Shown in pieces: positions 8,217 through 18,406 of a stretch of 64,000 nt of DNA. Both the position numbers and the translations under genes were made by a program. The number at the start of each line of letters is the position of its first letter. Within the stretch, counting starts at the first letter, position 1. Source of the stretch: an uncultured Candidatus Saccharibacteria bacterium (GTDB lineage: Bacteria > Patescibacteriota > Minisyncoccia > UBA6257 > 2-01-FULL-56-20). Where the stretch lies: NCBI GenBank assembly GCA_964360585.1, contig CAYHXC010000002.1, positions 5,641 through 69,640 on the forward strand, in the 5' to 3' direction. The notes beneath the pieces were generated by a model. It had not been told where the DNA came from. It worked only from the letters and a program-made list of their open reading frames with translations, and ran no database searches.

Positions 8217-10259
8217 TTACTGGGTCTTCAGATTAAAACACGCCCGAAATATGTCTAAAGATTCCCCAGGTTTTTGGAGACAGCGGATTCCTTGCTTCGC
8301 ATAACCATTCTTTAAAGAAAACGAGAGGGCGTTGGTAAAAGATTTCTCCGCTCCACTTCGGTCTCCTATGCCAACGTGAGCCAGTCCTAAACGCACCCAC
8401 AGATCGGCCACATCTTTGCGATTCTCATCTTTATACGGATTAATCCAAGCGATTGATCGAAAGGCCTCCGGTGTGTGCTCGACTACGATTGGCTCGAGAA
8501 AATCAATGATGGCTTGGTAGTTCTTTTCTTCAAGATATAGATTGGAAAGCTCGCGGTAGGCAGAAAAAAGCATGAAATGGTCGTGGTCCGTGGCGGTCAT
8601 AAAATCAGTTTCAGCTGCCGCCAAATCTCCCTCCAACTTACGAGCCTGTCCGCGTAGATAGAAAAGATAGGGATCCTTCGGTCGTGTCCTCAAGGCTTCC
8701 GTAATTTCTTGGAACGCCCGCAATCGATACAGAACTCTCTCTTTTTCATCTGGCACGCCAGAGGCCAGCCGCAGAGAAAGAATAGCCAAGTCGCGGTGGT
8801 AGAGCGGATTCCCGGCATCGCTCCGCACAGCCGCGTCGTACTTTTCGTAGGCCGCACGCATATCACCTTCCGCCAGCGCCATTGAAGCCTCGGTAAAATG
8901 AGCTTCGGCAAGAACACTCATACATCCAAAAATGAGCGCGATGAAACTGAAAACGATCACGAAAAGATTGAAGATAAACGAAAACTGCGTTTTATCTTTT
9001 TTATTTTCCGAGGAAAGATAGAGACGTAACACAATTCCAGCAACAATAAAGAAAAGGAAAACATCGGCCGGAAATATCCAGTCGGCATTAACCATGTTTT
9101 GAAATACGAGAGCCAGAAAACTGCCGACGACCACGTAGAGCATCTGTTCTTCGTGAAGTGAATGATGATTTCTGTTTTTTGTTACCGAAAAAACCATCAC
9201 GAGCAAAGCCGCGAGGAAAAGAACCAGGACCACTCCTCCAAAAATCCCTAACTCCACGAACCCGCGAGCGAGAATATTGTGCGGATCGGTGGTATAGAAC
9301 GTCAGACGATCACGGTACTCGGTCATGGCATCGCCGAAACTGCCCCAACCGACACCGAAGAGTGGACTATACGAAAATATGCGCGCTGACTGATAGAGAT
9401 ACTCAAGGCGGGCAGTCAGTCCGTTTTCCGAAGCGCTTTCCTCTTTAAAAATATCGGTTGGTTGGATCACGCTCGTCCCCGAAGCAACGCTTTGGGGATG
9501 GTTCTTAAACTGAAACGCGGCCGTAGCGAGGAGAATGCTGACCGCCATCAGTAAGAAAAGCGTTGCGCTGCGCCGCCAGATTTTTGAGAACGGCCAGCGG
9601 AGCAAAAACATTGTGATAAGAAACGATCCCAGGAAAGCCAGCGCCGCGCCGCGGGCAAACGTAAAGAAGAGGGTACAAAAAAGAAAAATATTTATGGCAG
9701 CATACCACCACTTTCGGGACTGCTTCGATTCATAGAAAAGAAAACTAGTCGCAAAAAAAAGTGACGGGAGCATAAAGCCGGCAAAAGCATTTTGTTGATA
9801 GAAAACTGATCCTAAGCGAAAGAAAGGATGGGCGCCAAAAAATATGTACAAGCCATAGAGCGAGAAAAGTATCGTGCCCCACAGTAGCCAGGAGAAAAAA
9901 CGCTCAATCTTCGCGAACTCCTTGATAATCGAAGGTGTTTTTATAAATACAATAAAAGCGGAAAAGAATATAAGGAATAACCGCGCTGTGGTATACCGGT
10001 CAAACGAAAAAAATCCCGAGATAAAAATGGAAACAAGAAAGAGAATACACGAGAAAAATACTGTTTTATAAAGACGGCCTCCCAAGAAAACCTCTTCTCG
10101 AAAAAAAAGTACGAGAAGAGTCACAAGCGTAAAAATCATAGCTTGCGCCATCGGTTCCATTCCGCCCATAAAAACGGTCGGCAAAAGAATGAGGGCGACG
10201 ATGGCCACAAAACCAACGTCTTCTTTTGACCACGCCGCCCATAATTTTAAAAAATTCAT
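8217..10259 (-). CDS. polytopic membrane protein, O-antigen-ligase-like (Wzy_C-type) with C-terminal TPR repeats
   Basis: 680-aa ORF with about 12 TM helices followed by a TPR-like C-terminal region. It is paralogous in architecture to 58277..60502. Confidence 0.55.
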   Translation of the reverse strand: MNFLKLWAAWSKEDVGFVAIVALILLPTVFMGGMEPMAQAMIFTLVTLLVLFFREEVFLGGRLYKTVFFSCILFLVSIFISGFFSFDRYTTARLFLIFFSAFIVFIKTPSIIKEFAKIERFFSWLLWGTILFSLYGLYIFFGAHPFFRLGSVFYQQNAFAGFMLPSLFFATSFLFYESKQSRKWWYAAINIFLFCTLFFTFARGAALAFLGSFLITMFLLRWPFSKIWRRSATLFLLMAVSILLATAAFQFKNHPQSVASGTSVIQPTDIFKEESASENGLTARLEYLYQSARIFSYSPLFGVGWGSFGDAMTEYRDRLTFYTTDPHNILARGFVELGIFGGVVLVLFLAALLVMVFSVTKNRNHHSLHEEQMLYVVVGSFLALVFQNMVNADWIFPADVFLFFIVAGIVLRLYLSSENKKDKTQFSFIFNLFVIVFSFIALIFGCMSVLAEAHFTEASMALAEGDMRAAYEKYDAAVRSDAGNPLYHRDLAILSLRLASGVPDEKERVLYRLRAFQEITEALRTRPKDPYLFYLRGQARKLEGDLAAAETDFMTATDHDHFMLFSAYRELSNLYLEEKNYQAIIDFLEPIVVEHTPEAFRSIAWINPYKDENRKDVADLWVRLGLAHVGIGDRSGAEKSFTNALSFSLKNGYAKQGIRCLQKPGESLDIFRACFNLKTQ

Positions 10260-10505
10260 CCCGTTAGAGATAGATCCCGTTTAGAAACAGATCACGATCG
10301 AATAGTTTCTTTACGATATTCCCATTATTGACTATCGACTTTCGAGACCTAGTAGTTTGTGTCATAGAAAGAGTGATCGTGGTTTCTAACGGGATAGGAA
10401 ACGGCTAGGTTTCCGTTTAGACCAAGCACCTGTGTGATTATCATATTTCATTATTATCGGAAACGGTTCTCGAATAACTTTCTGGGAAATCTCTAACGGG
10501 ATTCA
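10257..10505. promoter_or_regulatory. 5' leader with nested cccgttaga / tctaacggg inverted repeats abutting the start codon of the 8217..10259 gene
   Basis: The motif tctctaacggg+ATG is on the coding strand. At least three complementary copies lie upstream (10257-10290, 10364-10400, 10485-10500). Confidence 0.45.
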
Positions 10506-11594
10506 TTAGTACGCGCCCCGGCCCAAAATGATCGCTGGTATAGTTTTCAACATAATGACAAGATCCATGAGAAATGACTGGTGATGAATGTAGTAGAAAT
10601 CATACTCCAAGTTCTCGGAGAGCGGAATGTCTTTTCGTCCGAGAATTTGCCATAGGCCAGTAATACCCGGTTTTACTGATAATCTCATCTTTTGCCATTC
10701 ATTATGTTGTACCACTAAAAATGGCATTTCCGGCCGCGGACCGACAATACTCATCTCGCCTCGAAGCACGTTCCACAGTTGGGGCAGTTCGTCCAAACTA
10801 TACCGCCGCAGAAAACGGCCAATCCGTGTCACTCGCTCATCGCTTTCCCTTCTCGGTCCCGGAGCATAGAGCGGCGTAGACTGGTCCATTGTCCGGAACT
10901 TGTAGATAAAAAACTTTTTCCCATACTGCCCCACGCGCTCCTGTTTCAGGATTGCCCGACCCGGACCATCTTTCCGAATGAGAAGGGAGATCGCTACAAA
11001 TGCAGGCGAGAGGATAATCAATCCTCCTGCCGCCGCAACCAAATCCGCTGTTCTTTTTGAAACACGATAGAAGTGATGACTTATGCCGCCTCCTTGTAAT
11101 CCCTCGACAAGATCCAGTTCACGCGACGCATCCACTGTGCGCTCTATAAAACTCCTGGCATTTTGAAAAACCTCCTCACTCTCTTCTCGCTGAACTGACT
11201 GCGGCAGGAAACGAACAACAAACAATCTCCAGAAAAATGGCAGCACTATGCCGGGAACTAAAGCGTAGATGAGAAGTACGCGGGAGTAATTCGCCTGGGC
11301 CACAAAAGAGAAAACAATCACGCCAAAACTCCACCAGGAAAGCGCGCGAATGTAATCGGTAAGATGAGAAAGAGAAAACTGCGGCCGTTTTCTACCATAT
11401 AAATTGAAGATGGAAAATATTCCCAAAAAAGAAATGAGGTAAAAATAGAGGAAAGGAAAATAAAAGGAAAAATCTTGGAGCGGCGGAAAAAATGGCGTTC
11501 GCTTGCGAAGAGCGAACACAAACATGAAGCCGATAACCAGAAGAACACCGTCTCCGACCACAAAAAACAGTTGACGAAGTTTATTTCGCTTCAT
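10506..11594 (-). CDS. polyprenyl-phosphate sugar phosphotransferase (bacterial sugar transferase, WbaP/PglC family)
   Basis: Conserved C-terminal domain ...[49 protein letters not shown]-terminal TM helices are present. Confidence 0.85.
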   Translation of the reverse strand: MKRNKLRQLFFVVGDGVLLVIGFMFVFALRKRTPFFPPLQDFSFYFPFLYFYLISFLGIFSIFNLYGRKRPQFSLSHLTDYIRALSWWSFGVIVFSFVAQANYSRVLLIYALVPGIVLPFFWRLFVVRFLPQSVQREESEEVFQNARSFIERTVDASRELDLVEGLQGGGISHHFYRVSKRTADLVAAAGGLIILSPAFVAISLLIRKDGPGRAILKQERVGQYGKKFFIYKFRTMDQSTPLYAPGPRRESDERVTRIGRFLRRYSLDELPQLWNVLRGEMSIVGPRPEMPFLVVQHNEWQKMRLSVKPGITGLWQILGRKDIPLSENLEYDFYYIHHQSFLMDLVIMLKTIPAIILGRGAY

Positions 11595-12394
11595 GCCAAT
11601 GTTTTTTTAATTAAAAATCGTATCGCGCTTTTCAGATGCGACCATTTTAATGGATTGAAAAAACTTTTGTTTGCGCTTAACCGCTGATAATAATGGACGA
11701 CTTCCGCTTCTGGATAATAGACATTTTTCAAACCAGTCTTCTTGATCCTCCAGGCAAAATCAACATCTTCGTAATTATAGAAATACTGTTCATCAAAGCC
11801 ATGCAGCTGTTCGAAAACATTTCGCCGTAACATCCAGCAAGCCGACATAGTCCAATCTACCTCTCGAATATCATTGTGATCCCAGTCAATCATAAAATAT
11901 CGCTGTAAACGCCTGAAACGACTTGTGTTTCTGAGGGTCTCAATATCTCCATCCCACACTAAACGAAAAAAGAAAATGAGAAGGTTAGGAAAAAATCGAG
12001 AAGAATATTGCAATCGATGATCTGGATAGAGAAGGCGAGGAGAAAGAGTACCGATCTGTTGGTGATTCTGGAGATACTCTAAAAGCTTCAAAATGCTCTG
12101 CTCCAAAACCTCAGTATCGCAATCCAAAAACAAGAGATAATCGCCTCGAGCTTTTTCCACTCCCCTATTGCGGGCAAAAGCGGCACCGCGATTTTTCTGA
12201 TTCTCAATAAGAGTAACCTGTGGAAATTGTGCTTTGATCAACTCCCGACTGCCATCAGTTGAGGCATTGTCCACGATGATAATCTCGTGCGAAATACCAT
12301 CAAGATTTTTTGCCAACGATTTGAGATTCGGACTTAAAAATTTTTTTTCATTCGTGCAAACAATAATGATAGAGAGGTCGAGAGAATGTTCCAT
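11591..12394 (-). CDS. family 2 glycosyltransferase
   Basis: Carries GT2 motifs IIIVCTN...VDNASTDGS...LDCDTEV. Confidence 0.85.
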   Translation of the reverse strand: MEHSLDLSIIIVCTNEKKFLSPNLKSLAKNLDGISHEIIIVDNASTDGSRELIKAQFPQVTLIENQKNRGAAFARNRGVEKARGDYLLFLDCDTEVLEQSILKLLEYLQNHQQIGTLSPRLLYPDHRLQYSSRFFPNLLIFFFRLVWDGDIETLRNTSRFRRLQRYFMIDWDHNDIREVDWTMSACWMLRRNVFEQLHGFDEQYFYNYEDVDFAWRIKKTGLKNVYYPEAEVVHYYQRLSANKSFFNPLKWSHLKSAIRFLIKKTLA

Positions 12395-12398
12395 AGTC

Positions 12399-14468
12399 TT
12401 AGGTACGTGAACTGAACTTTTTAAAAATAAAGAAGGATCTCCACAAACTTCTGATACGACGATATATGCGGAGAGCTATCACATAACCTCGATCGTAGAT
12501 GCGACCGATCGAAGGAACCCTATACAATCCGTTTATCATTCGATACGTTGCGTTTCTCGCACGTGCCAACCGAGGATAACGAATTGCCAACCGGCCAGCG
12601 AACCACTCTACTTTTTGTAAGGGCAAGGCGGAAAAATAATCTTCGAAAAGAGCGCCTTCTAAGATACGCGCATCTTGCGGGTCGGTGTAGTTAGCAAAAA
12701 GAAATATCGATTTCATGAGCGCGTTAGGATCGGGATGAATATTGGAAAGCTGATTTTGGAACAATCGAGAAAAATCTTTAGCAAAAGCGATAGCGCCCGC
12801 ATGCACTGCTTCGGCCACCACCCCTTCTTTGCCGCCTTTTAGAGGATAAAAGGTAGGTCGCACCTCGCCTGCCGCATTACACTCATATCCTTTGACACTA
12901 CCCTGGTCCGTAATAAAGAAGGTTTCGAATAGTTTGTGATGGCGGAAAAATCTTTTCCAGTCCCGATCCAGCACTCGAGTGCCACGATAGCGTTCGCCGT
13001 AAAAACCACGAATAGTGATGCCAAACTCATCGGCTAGACCAAAAATTTCTTTTCCGGCTATGAGAAAATAAAGATCGATAGTATAGTTTTCAGATAAAAG
13101 TAAAATATTGCGCGGCGTCTGTCCATGATAGCCAATATCGACGAAACCGATGCGTTGGGTCTTCTCCCCTGCCGAAGGAATAATCACCCCTTCTTGTTTC
13201 AGGTAGTCGATTAACAAGGTTCGCTCCTCTCTGGCTTTGGCTAAAATACGAGGCGAAAGCACATGGAGAACTCTTTGAAATTGATGACAATTTTTAAAAT
13301 TAATTTTACTTTCCAAGCCCTCATTAAAGCCGTACTGTCGAGCCAGAGCATCATCACCTGCTTCAAGCGCGATACCGATCCGATCGCAGATCCACTCCTC
13401 GATCGTAGTCTCAAACCACACTACGCCGAATTTATACCGCATATCATCGAACGAACGGATTGGGGCCAAAGCTGTCGCCTTTCGTGAAACATAGAGATAA
13501 CGAGTCTGTGGTGGATTTTCGAAATAGGGAGCGATGATTTCATAGATCTGTCGCATGATCCAGCCATCACGAGATAAAAAATAGAGAACTTTTTTATCAG
13601 TGGTGTTCTCGAGGAGTTGAACGGTAAACGCCGTTAAAAGCGGTCCAAACCAGGAGTAACCGAGCGTATAGGGATCGCCCCGAAATAAAGACTGTTCGTC
13701 ATAGGAAAAATCAGAGGCATTGCGATCAAAAAAAGTGTTGGCCGTTACTCCTAAAACCGCGCTCAGGCCCGGTTCGGCTACTTCGTCTTCTCTCCACAAA
13801 AAACGGTTTGTTCGGTTTCTGAAAAATGTTTCGGAATTTTTTTCTACTTTGAATGTCCCTATGCCGCACGCTTTGGCTGGGGCAATATCATACTCTTCAC
13901 TATCGCCAATGTGCAGCAACTCCCACGGCTGAAGCTTAAGGTCATTGAGCACAGCGCGAAACATCGAGCCGTTATATTTCACCTCCCGCCTTCTTGAAGA
14001 AACATACACCACTTCAAATTCATACCCGAGATTAAAAAGAATATCTCGAATAAAATCTTCTTCCAAATACATATCGGAAATAGCCACCACGCGATGACCC
14101 GAAGCCTTGGCCGCGGCGTATAGTTCCTGCCCGCTTTTCTTTGCATAAATAAACTGTCGTTCTTGCTCAAGCTCCAACTGTTTCACCGCTTCGCGATGAT
14201 GGAACGGGATAGTAGAAAAATGGTCGTAGATTTCATGGATAGTAATATCTTGATACTGTGACAAGGCTATTCGCGTCTCATACTCCGCAGCCATTCTTTC
14301 TTTTCGAAAATCAATCGGTCGACGGATAATCCTTTCCACTTCGGGAGCAATAAACGCAAAAAGATCGCCTGGTTTCAAAAATGGTCGAACAAGTAAGGTG
14401 TCAAACACATCAAAAGAAATTACCTTGATTCCTTCTAGAGTTTTTAAGATTGTTTTCTGATGTGTCAT
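12399..14468 (-). CDS. large protein with N-terminal HAD-like hydrolase motif (ISFDVFDTLL), function unknown
   Basis: 689-aa ORF inside the glycan cluster. HAD motif I is at the N-terminus. The remainder is unrecognised. Confidence 0.5.
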   Translation of the reverse strand: MTHQKTILKTLEGIKVISFDVFDTLLVRPFLKPGDLFAFIAPEVERIIRRPIDFRKERMAAEYETRIALSQYQDITIHEIYDHFSTIPFHHREAVKQLELEQERQFIYAKKSGQELYAAAKASGHRVVAISDMYLEEDFIRDILFNLGYEFEVVYVSSRRREVKYNGSMFRAVLNDLKLQPWELLHIGDSEEYDIAPAKACGIGTFKVEKNSETFFRNRTNRFLWREDEVAEPGLSAVLGVTANTFFDRNASDFSYDEQSLFRGDPYTLGYSWFGPLLTAFTVQLLENTTDKKVLYFLSRDGWIMRQIYEIIAPYFENPPQTRYLYVSRKATALAPIRSFDDMRYKFGVVWFETTIEEWICDRIGIALEAGDDALARQYGFNEGLESKINFKNCHQFQRVLHVLSPRILAKAREERTLLIDYLKQEGVIIPSAGEKTQRIGFVDIGYHGQTPRNILLLSENYTIDLYFLIAGKEIFGLADEFGITIRGFYGERYRGTRVLDRDWKRFFRHHKLFETFFITDQGSVKGYECNAAGEVRPTFYPLKGGKEGVVAEAVHAGAIAFAKDFSRLFQNQLSNIHPDPNALMKSIFLFANYTDPQDARILEGALFEDYFSALPLQKVEWFAGRLAIRYPRLARARNATYRMINGLYRVPSIGRIYDRGYVIALRIYRRIRSLWRSFFIFKKFSSRT

Positions 14469-14472
14469 AAAA

Positions 14473-15429
14473 CTATAGATTTTTAAGAAAAGGCACTTTC
14501 AGCCGTAGTCTGTGCAAAAAAGAAAGTATTTTCCAACCACGAGAAGTGTAGATGTGCTCTAGTTCCTCTTGCTTTCCACGAAGCTCGGTACGAACATGAT
14601 CAATCTCTCGGGAAGATTCTCCTTTCAGTCTTTGGAATGCTACGCTGATATCCCGCAACTCATCCTGATCTTTCCGCAACTTATGCGTCACGTACGATAA
14701 CGTTTCGGAAGGCAGTACGCCCGAAAAATGATGAGAAGAGATATGTTCTGTTTGTTTATAAAGTTCTCGATGAAGCTCTTTTATTGCAGCTTCAATCTCA
14801 TGGCGATGTGGTTCGCCAATCTCATTCAACATCGAAGGTCGGTGTTTACGATACAAAAAAAGTGGTTCAGGGAGTAAGGCGCCAAAAATATCATTCTTCA
14901 GGAAGCGCAGCCAAAAATCCCAATCTTCATAAGCAACGAACGATTCATCATATCCTCCCACTTTTTCCCAGTCCTTTTTTCGATAAAGCGCAGTGGCAGT
15001 GATGAAGTTGCGCTTCAAAAGTTCTTTGGCATCGTACTCCTCAAACCATAAATATTCATAATCCCCAAACGTCTGGGCGGCTGTGTAAACAAAATCGAGC
15101 GAGGGATTGCGTTCCATCATCCACATACACTTTTCCAAATACGTTGGAGCCAATTTATCATCGGCATCAAGAGGCACAATATACTCACCGCGCGCTTCTC
15201 GTATCCCGGTATTTCGCGTGGCTGGCAATCCTTTATTTTCCTGAGTAATGACTCGAATCTTTGGGTGACTAATCCCAGCAATGATCCTCTTGGTTTCCAG
15301 GTCAGTTGAACCATCATCAACTACAATAATCTCAAAATCCTGATAGGTCTGTTCCAGAACACTCTGGATCGCCTCAGGGAGATAGCGACCGTAGTTGAAG
15401 CACGGTATAATAATGGAAATTTTTGACAT
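14473..15429 (-). CDS. family 2 glycosyltransferase
   Basis: Carries IIIPCFNYGRYL...VVDDGSTD...PLDADDKL. Confidence 0.85.
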   Translation of the reverse strand: MSKISIIIPCFNYGRYLPEAIQSVLEQTYQDFEIIVVDDGSTDLETKRIIAGISHPKIRVITQENKGLPATRNTGIREARGEYIVPLDADDKLAPTYLEKCMWMMERNPSLDFVYTAAQTFGDYEYLWFEEYDAKELLKRNFITATALYRKKDWEKVGGYDESFVAYEDWDFWLRFLKNDIFGALLPEPLFLYRKHRPSMLNEIGEPHRHEIEAAIKELHRELYKQTEHISSHHFSGVLPSETLSYVTHKLRKDQDELRDISVAFQRLKGESSREIDHVRTELRGKQEELEHIYTSRGWKILSFLHRLRLKVPFLKNL

Positions 15430-15469
15430 AGGATAACGTGCCCTATTGTTTCTAGCAGTATAAAGAAAA

Positions 15470-16423
15470 ATGCCTTCGATTCAAAATAAACCAGAAATCC
15501 TTCTGGTAGTAGATTGGCCTAACTGGGCCCTAGATTCCAATGTAGAAGGAATGCGACCTTACTTGGAAGATGTGTTTACACTAACAAAAAAATACCAGGC
15601 TGAGATCAGAGAAGAAGACGTCCGAAAGGCAACCATCGTGGTTATTTTCTACTTTCAACAGTTATCGGCATTGCCCATTCTTCAGAACTATCGGGAGAAA
15701 ATTCTTTTGGGTATTTGCTCTCACGTGGAACTGGCTGGTCCTGACAGAGAAAGGAAAATCGATACCATCAATACTGTGGTCTCAGGTGTTTTCGTAATCA
15801 GCAAACTTTTAGAGCGGGAATTTGAACACACATTTACAAAACCACTTTTCTATACTCCTATGGGAGTAAACACCAAATTCTTTTTCCCTAAAAATAGATT
15901 GAAAAGGGGGATAACAAGTTTTACCCATAAAAGAAAACTTCGCGTTGGCTGGGCCGGTAGCATTTCAAATCACGGGGACACGTTACGAGGACTAAGCGAT
16001 TATATCATTCCTGCTATACAGGGATTAAAAAACGTCGAGCTTAAAATTGCCGCGCGCGAAGAAAGATGGAGATCATCTGAAGAAATGCGGAATTATTATC
16101 ATTCTTTGGACGCATATATTTGCGCGAGCAAATCAGAAGGGACTCCTAACCCTTGTCTCGAGGCTGCTGCTACGGGAGTTCCAATCATAACAACTCGAGT
16201 GGGCAACATGCCTGAATTTATTCAAGATGGGATTAACGGTTTCTTTATAACTAGGAGCGTGGAAGATATCCGACACAAATTGACTCTCCTACAAACTCAT
16301 CGACTCAAACGAATAGTGATGAGTTATGCCGCAACCCAAGGAAGCCATTCGTGGGACTGGGAGCGTCAAGCAGAAAACTACCGTGCTATGTTTGAGGCCT
16401 TGCTCAAAAAAAGAATCTCCTAA
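15470..16423 (+). CDS. glycosyltransferase family 1 (GT4-like)
   Basis: The C-terminal region EGTPNPCLEAAATGVPIITTRVGNMPEFIQDGINGF is the GT1 sugar-donor-binding signature. Confidence 0.75.
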   Translation: MPSIQNKPEILLVVDWPNWALDSNVEGMRPYLEDVFTLTKKYQAEIREEDVRKATIVVIFYFQQLSALPILQNYREKILLGICSHVELAGPDRERKIDTINTVVSGVFVISKLLEREFEHTFTKPLFYTPMGVNTKFFFPKNRLKRGITSFTHKRKLRVGWAGSISNHGDTLRGLSDYIIPAIQGLKNVELKIAAREERWRSSEEMRNYYHSLDAYICASKSEGTPNPCLEAAATGVPIITTRVGNMPEFIQDGINGFFITRSVEDIRHKLTLLQTHRLKRIVMSYAATQGSHSWDWERQAENYRAMFEALLKKRIS

Positions 16424-16434
16424 GTCCCGGAGGA

Positions 16435-17634
16435 TCATGCTGTCTTATTCTCCTCTAAATACCAATCGGACGTAAGATAACATATCCCTCCTCCATCCCG
16501 CACATCACTCGTCACAGAAAAGTTAATTGGGGAGCGAAGCTTATGATAGGGATCGCCCACGAAAGCTGCTGGCCAAATTCTCACTTGAAGAGCATACTCC
16601 CCGCCAAGCAAGTTGAGTGTCTGAGAAATGAAAGATATTCTGCCATTCCCTTTTACCCTGCCCAACTTTATCCCATGACGTTCTGTATTGTCTCCGCTAC
16701 AGAGAACTCCTTCAGCATTATAAATATTTACTTGAAAAACTGGGTCAATGACTTCCTCTTTGGTCACATAGTCTAAAATGACTCGCAATGAATCACCCCT
16801 CTGAAAATTCCATCGCTCTTTTTGATTCTCATCCACAAGGCGCACTTTCTGGATAGTAATTGGCCCAGCGCCTTCCTCAACGTCATAGTCGGTTTTTTGA
16901 TATTGATATGAATCTCGGTAGAGACTAATAACATCCTTGGTAGCTCCGATGGCAACTATCCTACCTTCTTGCATCAATGCGGTACGTGAACAGAATTCTT
17001 GGACAGCTTGCAAATCATGACTCACAAACACAATGGTTTTTCCTCGTTTTTTGAGGGATCGAAAAAAGTCGTAACATTTTTTCTGAAAACCAAGATCGCC
17101 AACGGCTAGAACTTCATCGATAAGGTAGTTGTCAGTGTCCACTTGAGTAATAACAGCAAAAGCCAACCGAACTTGCATGCCCGAAGAATAGTTCTTTAAT
17201 TTCTGATCCATAAAGCGTTCCAACTCAGCGAACCGAACAATATCGTTATATTTTTTCCTAGTCTGATCTCTCGTAAGGCCCAAAAGAGCTCCACAAAGAA
17301 AAACATTTTCCCGCCCAGAAAGTTCCGGCTGAAAACCAACCCCAAGTTCTAGAAACGGCGAAATACTCCCTCGTGCTATCACTCGGCCAGAGTCAACACG
17401 AAGAATCCCGGCAATAATCTTCAGCAAGGTCGACTTACCACTACCGTTAGCGCCAATGACTCCCAGAAACTCTCCCTCAGCAACTTCCAAAGAAAGATTG
17501 TCGATAGCTTTGAAAATTTCGAATGCTTGAGGACGAAAGATACGAATAAAACGCTCCCGCAATGTATTTATGCGTTCGTGGGGAATAACAAACTTCTTGT
17601 TTATCCCACTAACCTGAATAGTATATTCCTCCAT
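16435..17634 (-). CDS. polysaccharide/O-antigen ABC exporter ATP-binding protein (Wzt/TagH-like) with C-terminal extension
   Basis: Walker A GANGSGKSTLLKIIAGIL, ABC signature LSGGMQVRLAFAV and Walker B are present. The 399-aa length implies an extra C-terminal domain. Confidence 0.9.
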   Translation of the reverse strand: MEEYTIQVSGINKKFVIPHERINTLRERFIRIFRPQAFEIFKAIDNLSLEVAEGEFLGVIGANGSGKSTLLKIIAGILRVDSGRVIARGSISPFLELGVGFQPELSGRENVFLCGALLGLTRDQTRKKYNDIVRFAELERFMDQKLKNYSSGMQVRLAFAVITQVDTDNYLIDEVLAVGDLGFQKKCYDFFRSLKKRGKTIVFVSHDLQAVQEFCSRTALMQEGRIVAIGATKDVISLYRDSYQYQKTDYDVEEGAGPITIQKVRLVDENQKERWNFQRGDSLRVILDYVTKEEVIDPVFQVNIYNAEGVLCSGDNTERHGIKLGRVKGNGRISFISQTLNLLGGEYALQVRIWPAAFVGDPYHKLRSPINFSVTSDVRDGGGICYLTSDWYLEENKTA

Positions 17635-17636
17635 AG

Positions 17637-18404
17637 TTAGAGTTCCTCAGCAAAATAGGGTTCCTGCCTCTTAAAAATAAGATAGCCAAAAATGAGAATA
17701 GGAGTGGATATTCCTAATAACAAGGCCGCCTCAGATATCGTTAAGACTCTTCCAGAAATTATTATATCCCGAGCGGAGTTAATAATATGAGCCATCGGAT
17801 TGGCAAAAACGAATATGTGATAGCGTGTTGGCACCATATCAATTGAGTAAATGATTGGAGTAAACCAGAAACCAACTTGAAGCAGAAGTTCCCATATATG
17901 AGCAATATCTTTAAATCGGGCGTACAGAGCTACCAAGAGAAATCCCATACCTAAAGATAGGCAGTAAAGGGAAAAAACTGGGATCAATAACAAAAATGTG
18001 CCCGGAGGGAGTGTCTCCCCCGAAAAGAAGAGAAAGGCTACAAAAATTATAAAATTCAGAAAAAAGTTAAAAAAAGCTACGAAGGTAGAGGAAACTATAA
18101 TAGCACTCCGAGGAAAATTAATTATTTTAATGAGTCCTGCCTTGCCGATGAGAGACGAGATCGATGAAGTAGTACCTTCTACAAAAAAATTCCACAAAAT
18201 AATTCCAAGAAGAAGATAGAGTGGATAATGAGCAATATCGAAACGAGCAAACTTTGAGAACACCAGATATAACACAGAAAACATAAGCAATGGTCTTAAG
18301 AATGCCCAGAAAATACCGAGGACAGAACCCTGATATCGTAATTTAAAATCAGTCTTGGTAAATTCCCTGAGGAGATTAAAATAATAATTCACGAGATATT
18401 TCAA
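17637..18404 (-). CDS. ABC-2 type exporter permease (Wzm/TagG-like)
   Basis: 255-aa ORF with six TM helices immediately upstream of the ATPase gene. Confidence 0.8.
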   Translation of the reverse strand: MKYLVNYYFNLLREFTKTDFKLRYQGSVLGIFWAFLRPLLMFSVLYLVFSKFARFDIAHYPLYLLLGIILWNFFVEGTTSSISSLIGKAGLIKIINFPRSAIIVSSTFVAFFNFFLNFIIFVAFLFFSGETLPPGTFLLLIPVFSLYCLSLGMGFLLVALYARFKDIAHIWELLLQVGFWFTPIIYSIDMVPTRYHIFVFANPMAHIINSARDIIISGRVLTISEAALLLGISTPILIFGYLIFKRQEPYFAEEL

Positions 18405-18406
18405 TA

